From: Botryllus schlosseri
Lineage: Eukaryota
DNA: 64,000 nucleotides
Assembly (NCBI GenBank): GCA_051294905.1
Contig: CM119373.1
Location: forward strand, 5,210,001-5,274,000
Reading direction: 5' to 3'
Each line of letters starts with the position of its first letter. Position 1 is the first letter of the stretch. Below the pieces are notes generated by a model. That model searched no databases, was not told the DNA's origin, and saw only the letters and a list, made by a program, of their open reading frames with translations. The position numbers and the translations under genes were made by a program. This document shows, piece after piece, positions 11,508-23,410 of this stretch.

Positions 11508-14371
11508 CTCAAAAAAATGCACAAGAGATGCACCGAGCAAAAACACCTCTTTGATGATGTGTACCATTACTGGGACTTCCTTAAAAACCAAATGAAGGTC
11601 CAAATAAAGAGATACGGCTACAAGAAAAAAGCAGCCGAAGGACAAAGAATTGAGTCGCTACAAAAACAAATCGTAGAACTCCAGAATAAAGATGATACAA
11701 AAGGAGACGTATACGAGCTAGCTAAAGAGCTCAAAAGCATTGAGCAATAAAAATTCACACGCCAATGTAAACTCCACAAAATCAGAGACATAGAAGAGAA
11801 CGAAAAGCCAACTAGGTACTTCTATCAGAAGCTAAAACAGAGGAAAGAGAAGGTTGCGCTAACCAGTGTGGTAGCACCTTCTGGAACAGCAACCAAGAAC
11901 AAAGCTGAAACGTTAGAAGCAGTCGAAAATTTCTACACTAAACTGTGGGCCAAATCACACCAGGCACAGACTCATGTCCAGAAAGACTACCTGAAAGAAG
12001 TAGAAGGACTAGAAATCACAGAGGAAGAAAAAAAACAGCTAGAATGTCAGGTAGACGAAAACGAGATTAAGAATATCCTCAACCAAATGGACAATGACAA
12101 GTCGCCAGGGTCTGACGGACTATCTAAGGAATTCTACCTGCAATACTGGAATATGATAAAACATGATTTATGTGAGGTAATAAACAATGCCTACCTTTTC
12201 GGTGGATTATGTAGCACCTGGAAAACGGGAATAACGACGATAATTTACAAAAAAGGCCAACCCACAGAATTAAAAAATTGGCGACCTATTACTTTACTAA
12301 ACACAGACTACAAAATACTCACCGGACTGATTGCTAATAGACTAAAACCAATACTACCAAACCTCATTCTTGAAACACAAAAATGTGCAATAAAAGATCG
12401 TCAAATCACGGATATTTTACGAAACACGCAAGCTGCAACAGAATACGCGAAAGAGAAAAAGAAGGAACTCCTGATAGTCAACTTAGATCAGGAAAAAGCT
12501 TTTGACCTGCTAAATCATGAATACCTTTTCAAAATTCTTGAAAGTTATCATATGCCGGAAACATTAATGCGGCTGATTAAACACATCTATAACACCGCAT
12601 CGAGTAGAATTCTGGTAAATGGCGCAATGACACACCCCATAAAACTGGGTAGAGGGATACGGCAGGGGTGTCCTCTGAGCATGGCGCTCTACGCCATTAG
12701 TTGTGACCCCCTAGCCAGGAAAATAACGAATAACGAAAAAATCCAACCCTTCAGAATCGGAAAAGCCACCATAAAAATCCAACAATATGCCGATGACATA
12801 ACTTGCTTCCTTACCAACGAAAAAGACATTGGCCGCATATTCCAGGAATTCAACAAATTCGAAAGAGCAACAGGACAGAAACTAAATGCGGAAAAAACCG
12901 AAATCTTGCATATCAACCAGAATAAGTATTCGAGCCGAAACCCGATTTACGATAATAAGAAAAAACGAAGCATAAAAATATTAGGTCAACACTACGGAAA
13001 AAATCAGATTGAAGAAACCTGGAGCGAGAAAATTGCGAAAATCAAACGAACACTATATGGCTACCGTGATAGAAAACTGACATGGGTAGGAAAGCTTACG
13101 ATCCTGAACTCCCTGGCATCAAGCCAGATCATATATAATGCGAGGGTAATAACAGCACCCAGAGAAATGAAAAAAGAGCTAGAAAAGCTATATTACAACT
13201 TCTTATGGCACCCCCAAAAGATGGAAGCAATAGCCAGACGAACGCTTATTGCAGAAAAAAAGAGAGGGGGGGTCGCAATGCCGGACGTGGAATCAAAGTT
13301 CAAAGCGTGTGAACTTGAAAAAATTGTCGCGCTGAAAAAATTGGATCAACCGAAGGAGATATGGCATCAACATGCCATATACGAAATCGGCACAAAATTG
13401 AAACAAATTAACCCCGTGCTCTATAATAACTCTGAGCCGCATAAATTCCCGACACCCAAAAACTGGGTGGAAAACCTGGAATTAACAAAAAAAATAAAAC
13501 TCACAAACGATGAATGGGAAGTCGCATCTCACAAAACGCTATACAAAGAAGTCAAGAAACTGAAAGAAAACAATCCAAATATTAGAACAAAAAACGGAGA
13601 CGAAATCAACTGGAAAAAAATTTGGCAATCGAAACATATGGGACATAAAGTAATTACCAACGAGGAAATAATTATAAACTACAAAGTAGTCCACGAAGGA
13701 TTCATATTTGGGGCAAAACGGAAAAGCAGAAACTTGACCCATGACAAAGATAATAAACCGCTCAATCTTAATTGCAAATTTTGCAATAACGAAAAAGATG
13801 ACATAAGACACATACTAACAGAATGTAAATATACAAACGAAATTAAACTCCATGTTGAAAGAGCGCTCGGAATAACAATAAACGAAAATAACATACTCTA
13901 CAACCATAAAACGGCGAAAATAATGTGGATAATACTATCCATATTAAAGAAGGTTGTGATAAAATTCAAAATCGCTCTAGATATTGATAATAGAAAAGCA
14001 GGAGAGGAAAAACTTGGAAGAAAGATCCTGGAAAAATTCATTACCAGAATGAAAAGAGTACCAGAAAATGAAAACATCAGCGAAATTATCGCAAAAACTG
14101 ACGGATACCTACAAATTCTGTAGAAATTTTTAAAAGTAAAACTATTGTGATTACAGTGGGGGGAGTAAAACATGAGTATAGCAGTAAAATAGAGAAGCTA
14201 AAAAGAATGAGAGAAACCGTTTTATCAAGTTGAACCATTTAATCACCTAAGTTGGAAAATATAAAAAAATAAAAAATAAAGTGTAATCAAGACCCCGAGC
14301 ACGCGACAGCCCTACACATACGAGAGGGCTGCCGAACGCCGGCGGATACGGGGAGCCGTATAAAAAAAAAA
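11508..14371 (+). mobile_element. 5'-truncated non-LTR retrotransposon, L1/Tx1 group
   Basis: ORF2 remnant, about 240-nt 3' UTR and A10 tail (14362-14371); no endonuclease domain or ORF1; bounded exactly by the 556-bp duplication. Confidence 0.92.
11517..14123 (+). pseudogene. LINE ORF2 reverse transcriptase, N-truncated, one in-frame stop at 11748-11750
   Basis: KSPGSDG, NWRPITLLNTDYKI, LDQEKAFD, GIRQGCPLS, QYADD and C-terminal CKFC-x8-H-x4-C motifs. ORFs 11517 and 11868 are in the same frame, and reading through the TAA gives ENEKPTRYFY. Confidence 0.92.
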
Positions 14372-14927
14372 TGAGCATCGTTTCTATAGACAGCCTAACA
14401 CTTTCATGGGGTTAACAGAAAATCTTCAAATTTTTTATTATTCATTTTTATATAATAAATAGGAACTTTCTTCTCTTGTAGCAAAGCGGATACTGGCTGG
14501 ATTTGGAACCATATTTTGTTTCTAGGCTTAAATTAGGTAACCTAACAATTTTATCAAGTAGGCTAGCCAGTACGATTTGAGAAAAAAAGTCATTTTTGAA
14601 GAGCCCTACTGTTCATGACCGTCCACGTTTAGAGTTGCATCTCAAAGATGCTAAAATAAGCCTAAATATAATCCAAGCAATACGATCGTCCACTTTGACT
14701 GACTGAATTTCTAAAAACACCTTGATAGCTTCCACATCTTACGTTTATATATACTGTCTGCTATCGGCACAACAAAGTAGGCCTATTTAAAAATACCAAA
14801 ACAGATTCAACATACCACATCTCTTGCAAACTTCTTTAAATCCTCCTTTGTGGTGAGTTGCTTTGGAATTCTTCTAGGATCAATTCCGATATTGTTTTAT
14901 CATATACAATCTATGGCGGAATAAAAG
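14372..14927 (+). repeat. Right copy of 556-bp direct duplication
   Basis: Starts immediately after the LINE poly(A) and matches 10952-11507. Confidence 0.95.
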
Positions 14928-15019
14928 TTTCGGATAAGTTCTAAAACGAACACAATTTTCCACACAAAAGTCAATTGCCACACGAAATGCCAAATGCTAC
15001 GGTCTCATTTTACAAGGTA

Positions 15020-16225
15020 TGGCGAGGAAACGTAGTGGTACGTTCCATTATAGCTAAACACCAATGAATTGCGGGTTCTAGCGTGACAAGTCGACTCCAT
15101 AATTCCTACCGAAGTGTTGGCCGTTTATCTAGGCTCCTCCTCGCCATCTGATTCGCATAGCCATGTCTTAAAAAGCCTAGGAGTGGGCCGTGCTGTAAGT
15201 GGGCAGATGGTTGCCGATGCACCCGGCACTTGGTGAATTCGGCCGCACAAACTCGGCACTTGGTGAATTCGGCCCTTGGGAAATTTTGAAATGAAGTGTA
15301 TTTACAGCTATTAATATGAATTATCAAACTAATAATAGTATTATCAAGTGATTCGTCAATCTTGTAAGGAGGTCAGGGCATCCGTAGATCGCGCAGTCAC
15401 GGCGTGATTAGATCACGGATTGCGTAGCCACGGGAAATAACACAGCGCTCATATACCGACCACGCGCGGTCTGCTTGGAATCGATGGCGTGAGCCACGGG
15501 CCTGTGTCGTGTAAGTTTTGAGAAGATGGATCTTGGCGTTGTATGTGAGATCAAAACTGTGGAACATCAAGCGGCGCTTCTTCGTTTATCGATCACGACA
15601 AGCCAGTGTTCCTCATCAACAAATGTTTCGCATGATCACGTCAAAATAAGTTATTTTTTGCCATTGGAGAGACGATTCCACTCTGGGATTAGGGTGTCTC
15701 GATAACACGGTTGAAGGATCCCAAGATTACGAGATCTACCACGAGCCACGACACGTTTAAATTTCCTTTTTGATACTGTTCATTCATACTAAATGCATTT
15801 CTAATGCGAAGGTGTTCTAGTGCCAATTCCTCCAAGGGCCGAGTTCACCAAGTGAAGAGCGTCGCGTTATTTCCCGCAATTACGCAATCTGTGATCTAAT
15901 CACGCCGTGACTGTGTGATCTACACATGCCCTGACCGCCGTACAACATTGACAACCACTCAAAGTGCCAAGTTCACCGGCAAACATTCCAGTAACCAATC
16001 ATGGTGACCGGTACCGCTACGAGATCTACCACGGCCGAATTCACCAAGTGCGGAGTTTGTGCGGCCGAATTCACCAAGTGCCGAGTTTGTGCGGCCGAAT
16101 TCACTAAGTGCCGAGTTCACTGGTAATCGGGCAGATACGGAATAATAATAAGAAGAACCGGCCTGGTGTAAAATGACCAGTGTAGTCGAACCACCACCAT
16201 GAACACCACAAACAAACAAATAAAC
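15020..16225 (+). mobile_element. SINE family B copy split by a DNA element
   Basis: Head ACACCAATGAATTGCGGGTTCTAGC and body match the reverse complement of 62290-62590; the body resumes at 16137 and ends in (CAAA)n. Confidence 0.7.
15209..16128. mobile_element. Non-autonomous DNA transposon with 30-bp subterminal tandem repeats and internal inverted repeat
   Basis: 8-bp TSD GGGCAGAT (15201-15208, 16129-16136); GGCACTTGGTGAATTCGGCC units on the left and their reverse complements on the right; inner IR at about 15345-15445 and 15865-15958. Confidence 0.8.
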
Positions 16226-17807
16226 ATCTAACAAGGAAAATAAATTACCTTTGCAGCCTTTGACAAACACAGTTACCATTGAAACCAGCAATTAAGGTCT
16301 TATTCGAAAGCAGAATAACAACTGTTTTAGTGGACATATCAAATCAAATGTTGGAAAGTTCATGTAAAATAGCCCAAAATATGATCTTACTGTGACCATA
16401 TTCCATCAATATGGTCTGGCTAGCCAAATTCTCTGGGCCAACATAATCAAGCTGCGTTTGGTTTCAACGATTAATAATCTTGTCACTGGATTCGAGGTAT
16501 AATTGCACTCAAATATCAAATTTTGCTCCATTAATCAACATCAAGTTGAAAATGTCCATTCTTGCACCAACTTTTATAAAATCATGAATCAGTGTTCTAC
16601 AGGAATGTATCTATATGACTTATATACCTAGAAAATTCAAGCATAAATATTATGATATACCGTAGGTATAGGTACCGGTAATTCAGATGTTTGAAGCGAA
16701 TTATAGTGGTCTAATTTCACTAAATTAGAGCGAAATGCCAGCAATATAATTGTAATCTAATTCGGAAAAACGGTTTAGCTCTAAATCTAACCTGGAAAAG
16801 CTGAAACTTTTCTATAGTTATCTACACCTGTTTTGCAGAAAGTCAAACAGCTCTAGGCGTCATATACTACAGGCAATTCGAAATACCCCATAAGCTATAT
16901 GCTACTGCATATATACCTTTAACCCGCTACCTCAGTCAGTCACAATTCCTATATATTTACGGCATTTACCATACAGAAAGAGCGAACTATGCCTGGCTGC
17001 GACCTGTTGCGTTTCAAATCTTTTTATGGCGCGATGACGTAAAATTTGAATCGCCGAAATATTCTAGAAGTCACGCATCGATAATCATATTCCTAAACGT
17101 ACAACATATCACTTATTTAGTTATTCTCTGAATAAAACTATTAACCATACTCGTTGAACATGCGAGATTACCGAAAGAGCGAATATATATATAATGAAGA
17201 TCATATATATCAGAGGAAAACAAAACTATTCGACCTTAGAGCAACAACACGAATATACAACACCGGTGACATCCTCACGCAATAAAACGAAGGGAGAACA
17301 TTGTTTTCTAATGGATAGAACGAAGCTACCGCGTGAGATCGAACAAAACCGGATAGAATTCATCGTGATTGAATGTACCGACAAAGTCATCCTTTCTGCG
17401 TATTTTAGTCGTACCCGCGAGAGATAGAAAATTTGCATTATTAGGTTAACTACCGGATATAACGAAGCCTAATGCATGAGATGGAAAAACACCGAGTATG
17501 AATTTATTCTGATTGAATATAACCACAAGACCATCCTACTACGTATTTTAGACATTCCCTCGACACTTAGAAAATCAGAACCTAATCGAGATGATCCCGG
17601 ATGATCCTTTTACGGTTTTGTGTTTGCTGGGGAGTATGAATTATAGAAATAGTACACTGCAGTCAGATATCATAAATAAGTATTGCTATTACAGAATATC
17701 GGTATATAGATTTGACCATATCACTCGCAAAGTTCCAGTTGGGCATATTCAACAACATTCGAAATCTCACTATTCAATTTGGTCATCGGCGACACTGAAT
17801 CAAAGCT

Positions 17808-17861
17808 ATTGACGCAGGTGGAGAATTAGATTGAATACAGAGCGCAACTATAAAGTATAAA
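17808..17861 (+). promoter_or_regulatory. Paralogous lectin promoter, copy A: conserved 21-mer plus double TATA
   Basis: ATTGACGCAGGTGGAGAATTA is identical to 33204-33224; TATAAAGTATAAA at 17849-17861. Confidence 0.6.
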
Positions 17862-17935
17862 CTGGAAATTATATTAACGGAAATCGCAAAAACCTCCCGG
17901 TTCTAGATCTAGAAATAGGAACATCGATAAGCAAG

Positions 17936-17999
17936 ATTTTGCAAACGGCTTGTTTCGTCAAAAACTCCTTATGGATATTGTTTATAATCCTAAACAACG
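17936..17999 (+). pseudogene. Orphan duplicate of lectin first (signal-peptide) exon with ATG changed to ATT
   Basis: 64 nt, collinear with 33332-33395; reads ILQTACFVKNSLWILFIILNN; phase-1 donor G|GTAGGT retained. No SUEL exons were found between 18 and 29 kb. Confidence 0.7.
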
Positions 18000-20900
18000 G
18001 TAGGTGAAGAGTGGTTTCTGGTCATGATTACGCAATTTAGACATTAATTCCAGTCCTAGTTTCGTTCTACTCATATATTGCTTCGTTCTTGCTTCATATA
18101 TTACGTGGATATCAACATTGGCACTTATTTAACCTACCTTTGGATGACATGTGACGTCACAATAGTTTACATGCCCAGCTTCCACCACAAAATCCCTCTC
18201 AACCTGCCGATCTCTCGCGCACACCGGCTGACTGCATGGCTCGGGGCTACTCAAGTGAGACCGTAGACACTTCAATACTGAATGCAATCGACGGCAGATG
18301 ATATCATCTGAGCTGACATACACATTGGACGACCTTTTCTGGTGATGTGTGCATATGTAGACATTCTGGGATCACTGAGAAGAATTATTTCGGCCAATTA
18401 TACGTGTTTGTCCAATATTGTGTATCTCAATGCGCAATGTGGTGTCTCAATGGACGATTTCGATTTAGAGCAGAGGTCTCAAACACGCGGCCCGCGGGCC
18501 GCATGCGGCCCGCGAGATCATTTTGAGCGGCCCGCGACGGCATTTTGGATTTCGAAGTATTCGACAATATTTTACCACCAATTCTTGAGAACTTAAAATT
18601 CGCTCTAAAACTACTCCAGAAGCCTGAAACTACTCATCAAACTTCACTATTACATCACTTTCAAAAGTTACCACTCAGTGGAAGATCAACTATTACGTGA
18701 CATTACTTGTTTAATATGGTAAAACATGACCCGTTGATGATTCGTGATTGAAAATTGTGATTTGGACTTGGGCGCGACCCTCTGTAGAATTACTCGTACT
18801 CGTCACGTCAAACGTTACAATCAGAGAAGATTTTGTGACTCGGAATGCCGTGACTTGGTACAACCACGCACGCAACAAACCATGGTGTCCTGTATGGTGT
18901 GGACACAAGCAAATCTCACGGCTCAGTGAAATTGGTTTACGTCACACTTTCCATTTGGTCGAAGGCAATTTGACAGTAATTTTTGTCCGGCTTGTCCTGT
19001 ATTAGCCTAAATTTTATAAAACGGCTATCAATCGAAAGCTACCGCGGTACTGATTGCGAAAATATAAATTTCTTCTGTTTGTGGCCCTGGAACTACCCAA
19101 AATAAGCCTAGAATGTTGCATTGTATGTGAGTTTGGTATTGTGATGCAGCAATGACGTCTGGCAGCAGGCGAGGAGCACCGCAAGCTGCAAGCGTATTGG
19201 CCATCGTTACGCAGGCGATTGAGCACTCTCACTCTCGTGCGCATTTGCTCCTGAGCTGCGCAGACGGCATGGTTGCGTCACAGTACCAAACTCACTTACA
19301 ATGCAACATTTGAGGCTTATTTTGGTGAGTTCCAGGGCCACGAACAGAATAAAATTTATATTTTCGCAATCAGTACCAGACATGGGGTGATTACTTTATG
19401 AATGTAATCGATTACGATTACGATTACTTCTGAATCACGCGATTACGATTACGATTACGATTACAGCAAAATCAGGAAGTAGTCGATTACGATTACGATT
19501 ACATTGGAAAAGTAATCACGATTACTCACGATTACATTTATTTCGCTTCGTAGAACTAGTCTTAGAATATATATTGAAGACAATAAGGATGCGATGAAAA
19601 TACCTAATGAGAGATGACAACTATCTTTATAAATGATACGTCAGTTGATTGTTACGTCATAATGTACCCATTGCCCAGCTCTATAGTGCTGGACGATTCA
19701 TCGCACCCAACGATTTGAATTCTTGCCAGGTTCGTAATTGCCGCACCCCAAACTCCCCAATGGAGTACGGAGCGAGGTCGTAGGAGAATTAAAAGTATTT
19801 CGTAAATCAACATTAATTATATGAAGTATTTCGAGAGATTTCATTCTTCTAGCTCCGCGATTTAATGTCTCTAGATAGCTTGATTTTGAAATGCATACCT
19901 GTCCCCTTAAGACAAGACGGGAATAATTTATAGGCATTTCGGTGCCGGTCATTAACGCGCCAGGACACACCAAAAGTCATATGCAGTTTCGGCCAACTTG
20001 CGACCTCACGAAGTGCGCTACCAAAGAAAGAACTTTACCGACATGTTGGGTACGCCTGTGTGTCCATTATCAATAGCCGCGCAGGGTGGGTGTGACGAAT
20101 ATATAGAGCGTTGTCCTTAGAATCTGAGCGCCACATTACAAATGTCACCCGGGGCCCCCACAGATGAATGAGACATGACAATTTGTGTGTGCGACGCACA
20201 TTGTTCGTCTCTCGTCTCAGGAAAGTTCTTCATTAGTCTTCTACGTTTGGACGACTACAATATACAATATGATTATAGGCTATACTACAGACGAGAGGTC
20301 ACGAATTAACAACATATATTAATTGTAGTTATAACAATATCAGATATTATAGCTATGAATTACGTGCCCCAGATCTACCAGTAAATCTAACCATCGGGGG
20401 CTGAGAGAGGATTATTATTGAATAATCAAAGACAAACGTTAGGAGTGGGGGGGGGGGGGGTGACTTGCCGTTTTGGTCCTGATTCTAGCTACAACCCACG
20501 CTGACATGGTGTATAAGCGTATATCTATGGCGACAGGTCCAAATGTTGACTGAAAAATTGCGAAATAACGATGACGCCCGTTTCAGCCAGACTCATATGA
20601 TAATAAGATAAAGTGAACATAAAATTTGGTGTTTCACTTAATACAGATACTGCAAGCTGCCGTTACGAGAAACGGCAAAGAACGGCTCGGTTATGATAAA
20701 TATCAGCAGCTGTTGATTTTTATTGTTTCGTCGTGGAAATCGTAATGTCTCATTTGACGAGTACAAAATTTCACATCTTTGTTCGATGTACGTACCTAAG
20801 TATGCCAACTTACATAGGCGAGGTCTACTGCTCGCCAAGCAGCAACGGTCAAACTGCTTCAGATAGGCATAACCAAACATAAATACAAATGTTAGTATTT

Positions 20901-21107
20901 GAAAATATAGGCAGAATGGTGATTATTATGCTGCTGCGAGGTAGTTGTGTGTGGAGTGTATTGATAACCTGATATACAGCATGACGGGTGTTCTCACAAC
21001 TACACTACAATGTAGGCCTACATCGAATATCTATATTTTACGTAAGACCTTAGTAGCTTTCACACTCTATTTAACGTCCACTTGCGAATGAATATAACTT
21101 TATTAGT

Positions 21108-21145
21108 TACACGAGCTTTCGGAGCGCTGCTCCTTCATCAGGTGT
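21108..21145 (-). ncRNA. Minimal type-I hammerhead ribozyme, minus-strand copy
   Basis: Reverse complement reads ACAC-CUGAUGA-A-GGAGC-AGC-GCUCC-GAAA-GC-UC-GUGU. Confidence 0.7.
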
Positions 21146-21418
21146 CAAAGCGAAAGTAACGCAAAAAGAGCAACGCAAAAATATTTTGAATTTGAACATA
21201 TGCGTATTATGACATCATAGCGAATGAGAAATTCTAGATACTGAAGTCGCGTACTCTATGACGTCATAGAGACAAATATCAAGTTTTGATTTGAAATGCA
21301 AATAGTGAGTTGTGTGCCTAAAATCGGATTGGATAAGGTGTTTATATGCTAATTTGAAAAGAACAAAAAGTGCTAAGTCAAGCATTCATGGTGTAGTGAG
21401 ACATACATCCTCTATCTA

Positions 21419-21457
21419 TGCACCTGATGAAGGAGCAGCGCTCCGAAAGCTCGTGTA
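21419..21457 (+). ncRNA. Minimal type-I hammerhead ribozyme
   Basis: Stem I UGCAC/GUGUA; core CUGAUGA 21424-21430; stem II GGAGC/GCUCC; GAAA 21445-21448; palindromic AGCU stem III; predicted cleavage after UC at 21452. Confidence 0.75.
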
Positions 21458-22320
21458 ACTAATAAAGTTATATTCATTCGCAAGTGGACGTTAAATAGAG
21501 TGTGAAAGCTACTAAGGTCTTACGTTTATATATATCGTCTGCTATCGGCGCAACCAAGTATATTTTACGTGTAACTAATAAAGTTATATTTATTCGCAAG
21601 TTGACGTTAAATAGGATGTGGATTGTGGAAGCTACCAAGGTATTAGTTTTATATATATCGTCTGCTATCGGCGCAACATAGCATTCATTCTATTTTATGT
21701 GTGTAGCTTACACAATGACGAACACAGCTAATACTTCTGACGTAATAATGAGCAGCGACGATTGGAAGTCAGACGTTTGTGCTATCACTGACCTCAACCT
21801 GGTATAATATCTCTTCCTTGTTCACGAATGTTCAGTTTATGTCATAGTTCTTGTACGTACAGATTAAAAGTAATCGTTCTTCCTCTAAGAAATCGATTAA
21901 ATATAGGAAGTAGTCGATTACGATTACGATTACTTCGGATTTTTCTCGAATGTAATCGATTGCGATTACGATTAATTGAAAATGCTGTAATCGTCGTAAT
22001 CGATTACGATTACTAATCGCGATTACCCCATGTCTGATCAGTACCGTGGTAGCTTTCCATTGATCAAAAATTACTGCCAAATTGCCTTTGACCAAATGGA
22101 AAGTGTGACAAAGACAAATTTCACTGAGCCGTGAGATTTACTTGTGTCCAAACCATATAGGACACTTTGAACAAACTATCAAACTGGTAGGAGAAATAGT
22201 AAAATATCAAAAGGTCGTAGCTTGCGTTGTGTAGCTTATTTAGATATCAAAGCATGTAGGTATGGCAACCGACATTGGCATTATGTCGCCCCTTTGATGT
22301 ATAGTTGGTTACATCCCGTG

Positions 22321-23410
22321 CAGTAACGTGCGGTCCAATGAGGCAGGTGAGGCAGTGCCTCACCTGTCGTCAGAGCGAGTAAGTTAAAATTGTGAAAACC
22401 CTTCATGAGTCGATGATTATTGATATTTTACGTCGATGTTCATAAATAACTGAATTTGAACATTTTTTAACACCACATCATCAGTTTGCATGATTATTAT
22501 TCAAAAATAAAGCGCGAAAGGAGAGTTGAGGCACAGGTGAGGCATGGGCGGGTCGTGCCTCACCTGCGACAAAACAATTCATCATAAATAGCTCGAAATT
22601 CATAACAACCGGTATGAATCAAATGATATCGTCACAATGATTCCGAAAATCCAAATATTAACAGTGTCAGACCACCAGAACCCCCTCAAAATCGCCAAGG
22701 AAGGTGACATTCGGCTTTATTACAGACAATGCCATCGCTGAGAAACAATGGCCAGGCGAGGCACAAACGAATCTGCCTCATGCACTATTCGCTAACAATT
22801 GGACAATTGCAGCACAGTGAAACGCGCTATCGATTTCGGTATACAACAGTTTTGACTGTCTTCTAGGAAATATATAGTAGCGACGGCCAATACGCAATGC
22901 GGAGCAAATACATTCCCTTACTTATGTAGCTCTTATTTATTTAACGTTAAATTGTGGTATGTGATAGCTACTTGCATAGGCGGCATTGTCGTTGCTTTAT
23001 GCTTCGAATAATCTATACCGGTATTTGAAGAGATAGCAATTATTATCCGTCCAAACTTGCCCATTTAGCACAATAGCGACCATATATATATATATATCGG
23101 CTTTCAATTAAATAAAAGGGCAAAAGAAAACAGGAAACAAAGGAACACCAAGATATCAGTTTTGGGCCCTTATCAAGCGCCTCCAGCGTGGGCGGTCGTG
23201 GGCGTCCAGTCCTACATGTATTATTGTATTGTATAATGTGTAATTGCAACAGCTATCAGTGTGCAAAGAAAATGCTCTCTATACCCTCTGCTGTTGTTAT
23301 TCACATTTAAGATCTCTACATCAGGTAGGCTACCGTACTTTACGTGCGTGCGTGTTTGTGTGTGTGTGTGTGGGGGGGGGGGTCCGTGCCTCACCAGCCG
23401 CACATCACTG
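22321..23410. mobile_element. hAT-type MITE with TGAGGCA/TGCCTCA motifs; contains a short RTE 3' end at about 23085-23210
   Basis: TIR CAGTAACGTGCGG/CCGCACATCACTG; 8-bp TSD ATCCCGTG (22313-22320, 23411-23418). Confidence 0.85.

Larger units (their letters stand above)
21040..21680. mobile_element. Penelope-like element terminal (pLTR-type) inverted structure plus an older partial direct copy
   Basis: 105-bp inverted arms (21040-21144 / 21421-21525), each containing a hammerhead motif followed by AATAAA; TATATTTTACGT at both flanks; diverged copy at about 21569-21680. Confidence 0.75.
19377..22036. mobile_element. hAT-type non-autonomous element with (GATTAC)n subterminal arrays
   Basis: TIR CAGACATGGGGT/ACCCCATGTCTG; 8-bp TSD ATCAGTAC (19369-19376, 22037-22044). 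Other right ends occur at 1330 and 26517. Confidence 0.9.
18886..22165. mobile_element. Foldback element, interrupted at 19377-22036
   Basis: The left arm (about 18886-19180) is the reverse complement of about 19245-19376 joined to 22045-22165. Confidence 0.8.

Noticed and set aside
12689..14173. Minus-strand ORFs 12689-12916, 13539-13811, 13679-13894 and 13898-14173
   Set aside because: Antisense shadows of the A-rich LINE ORF2.
9942..15100. Apparent TIR pair GGACGCGACTTGTCACAC / GCGTGACAAGTCGACTCC around the LINE region
   Set aside because: The right motif is part of the SINE B head, and there is no TSD.
16032..16119. 30-bp tandem repeats resembling a CRISPR array
   Set aside because: No unique spacers, mirrored at 15224-15275, enclosed by an 8-bp TSD, in eukaryotic context: these are transposon subterminal repeats.
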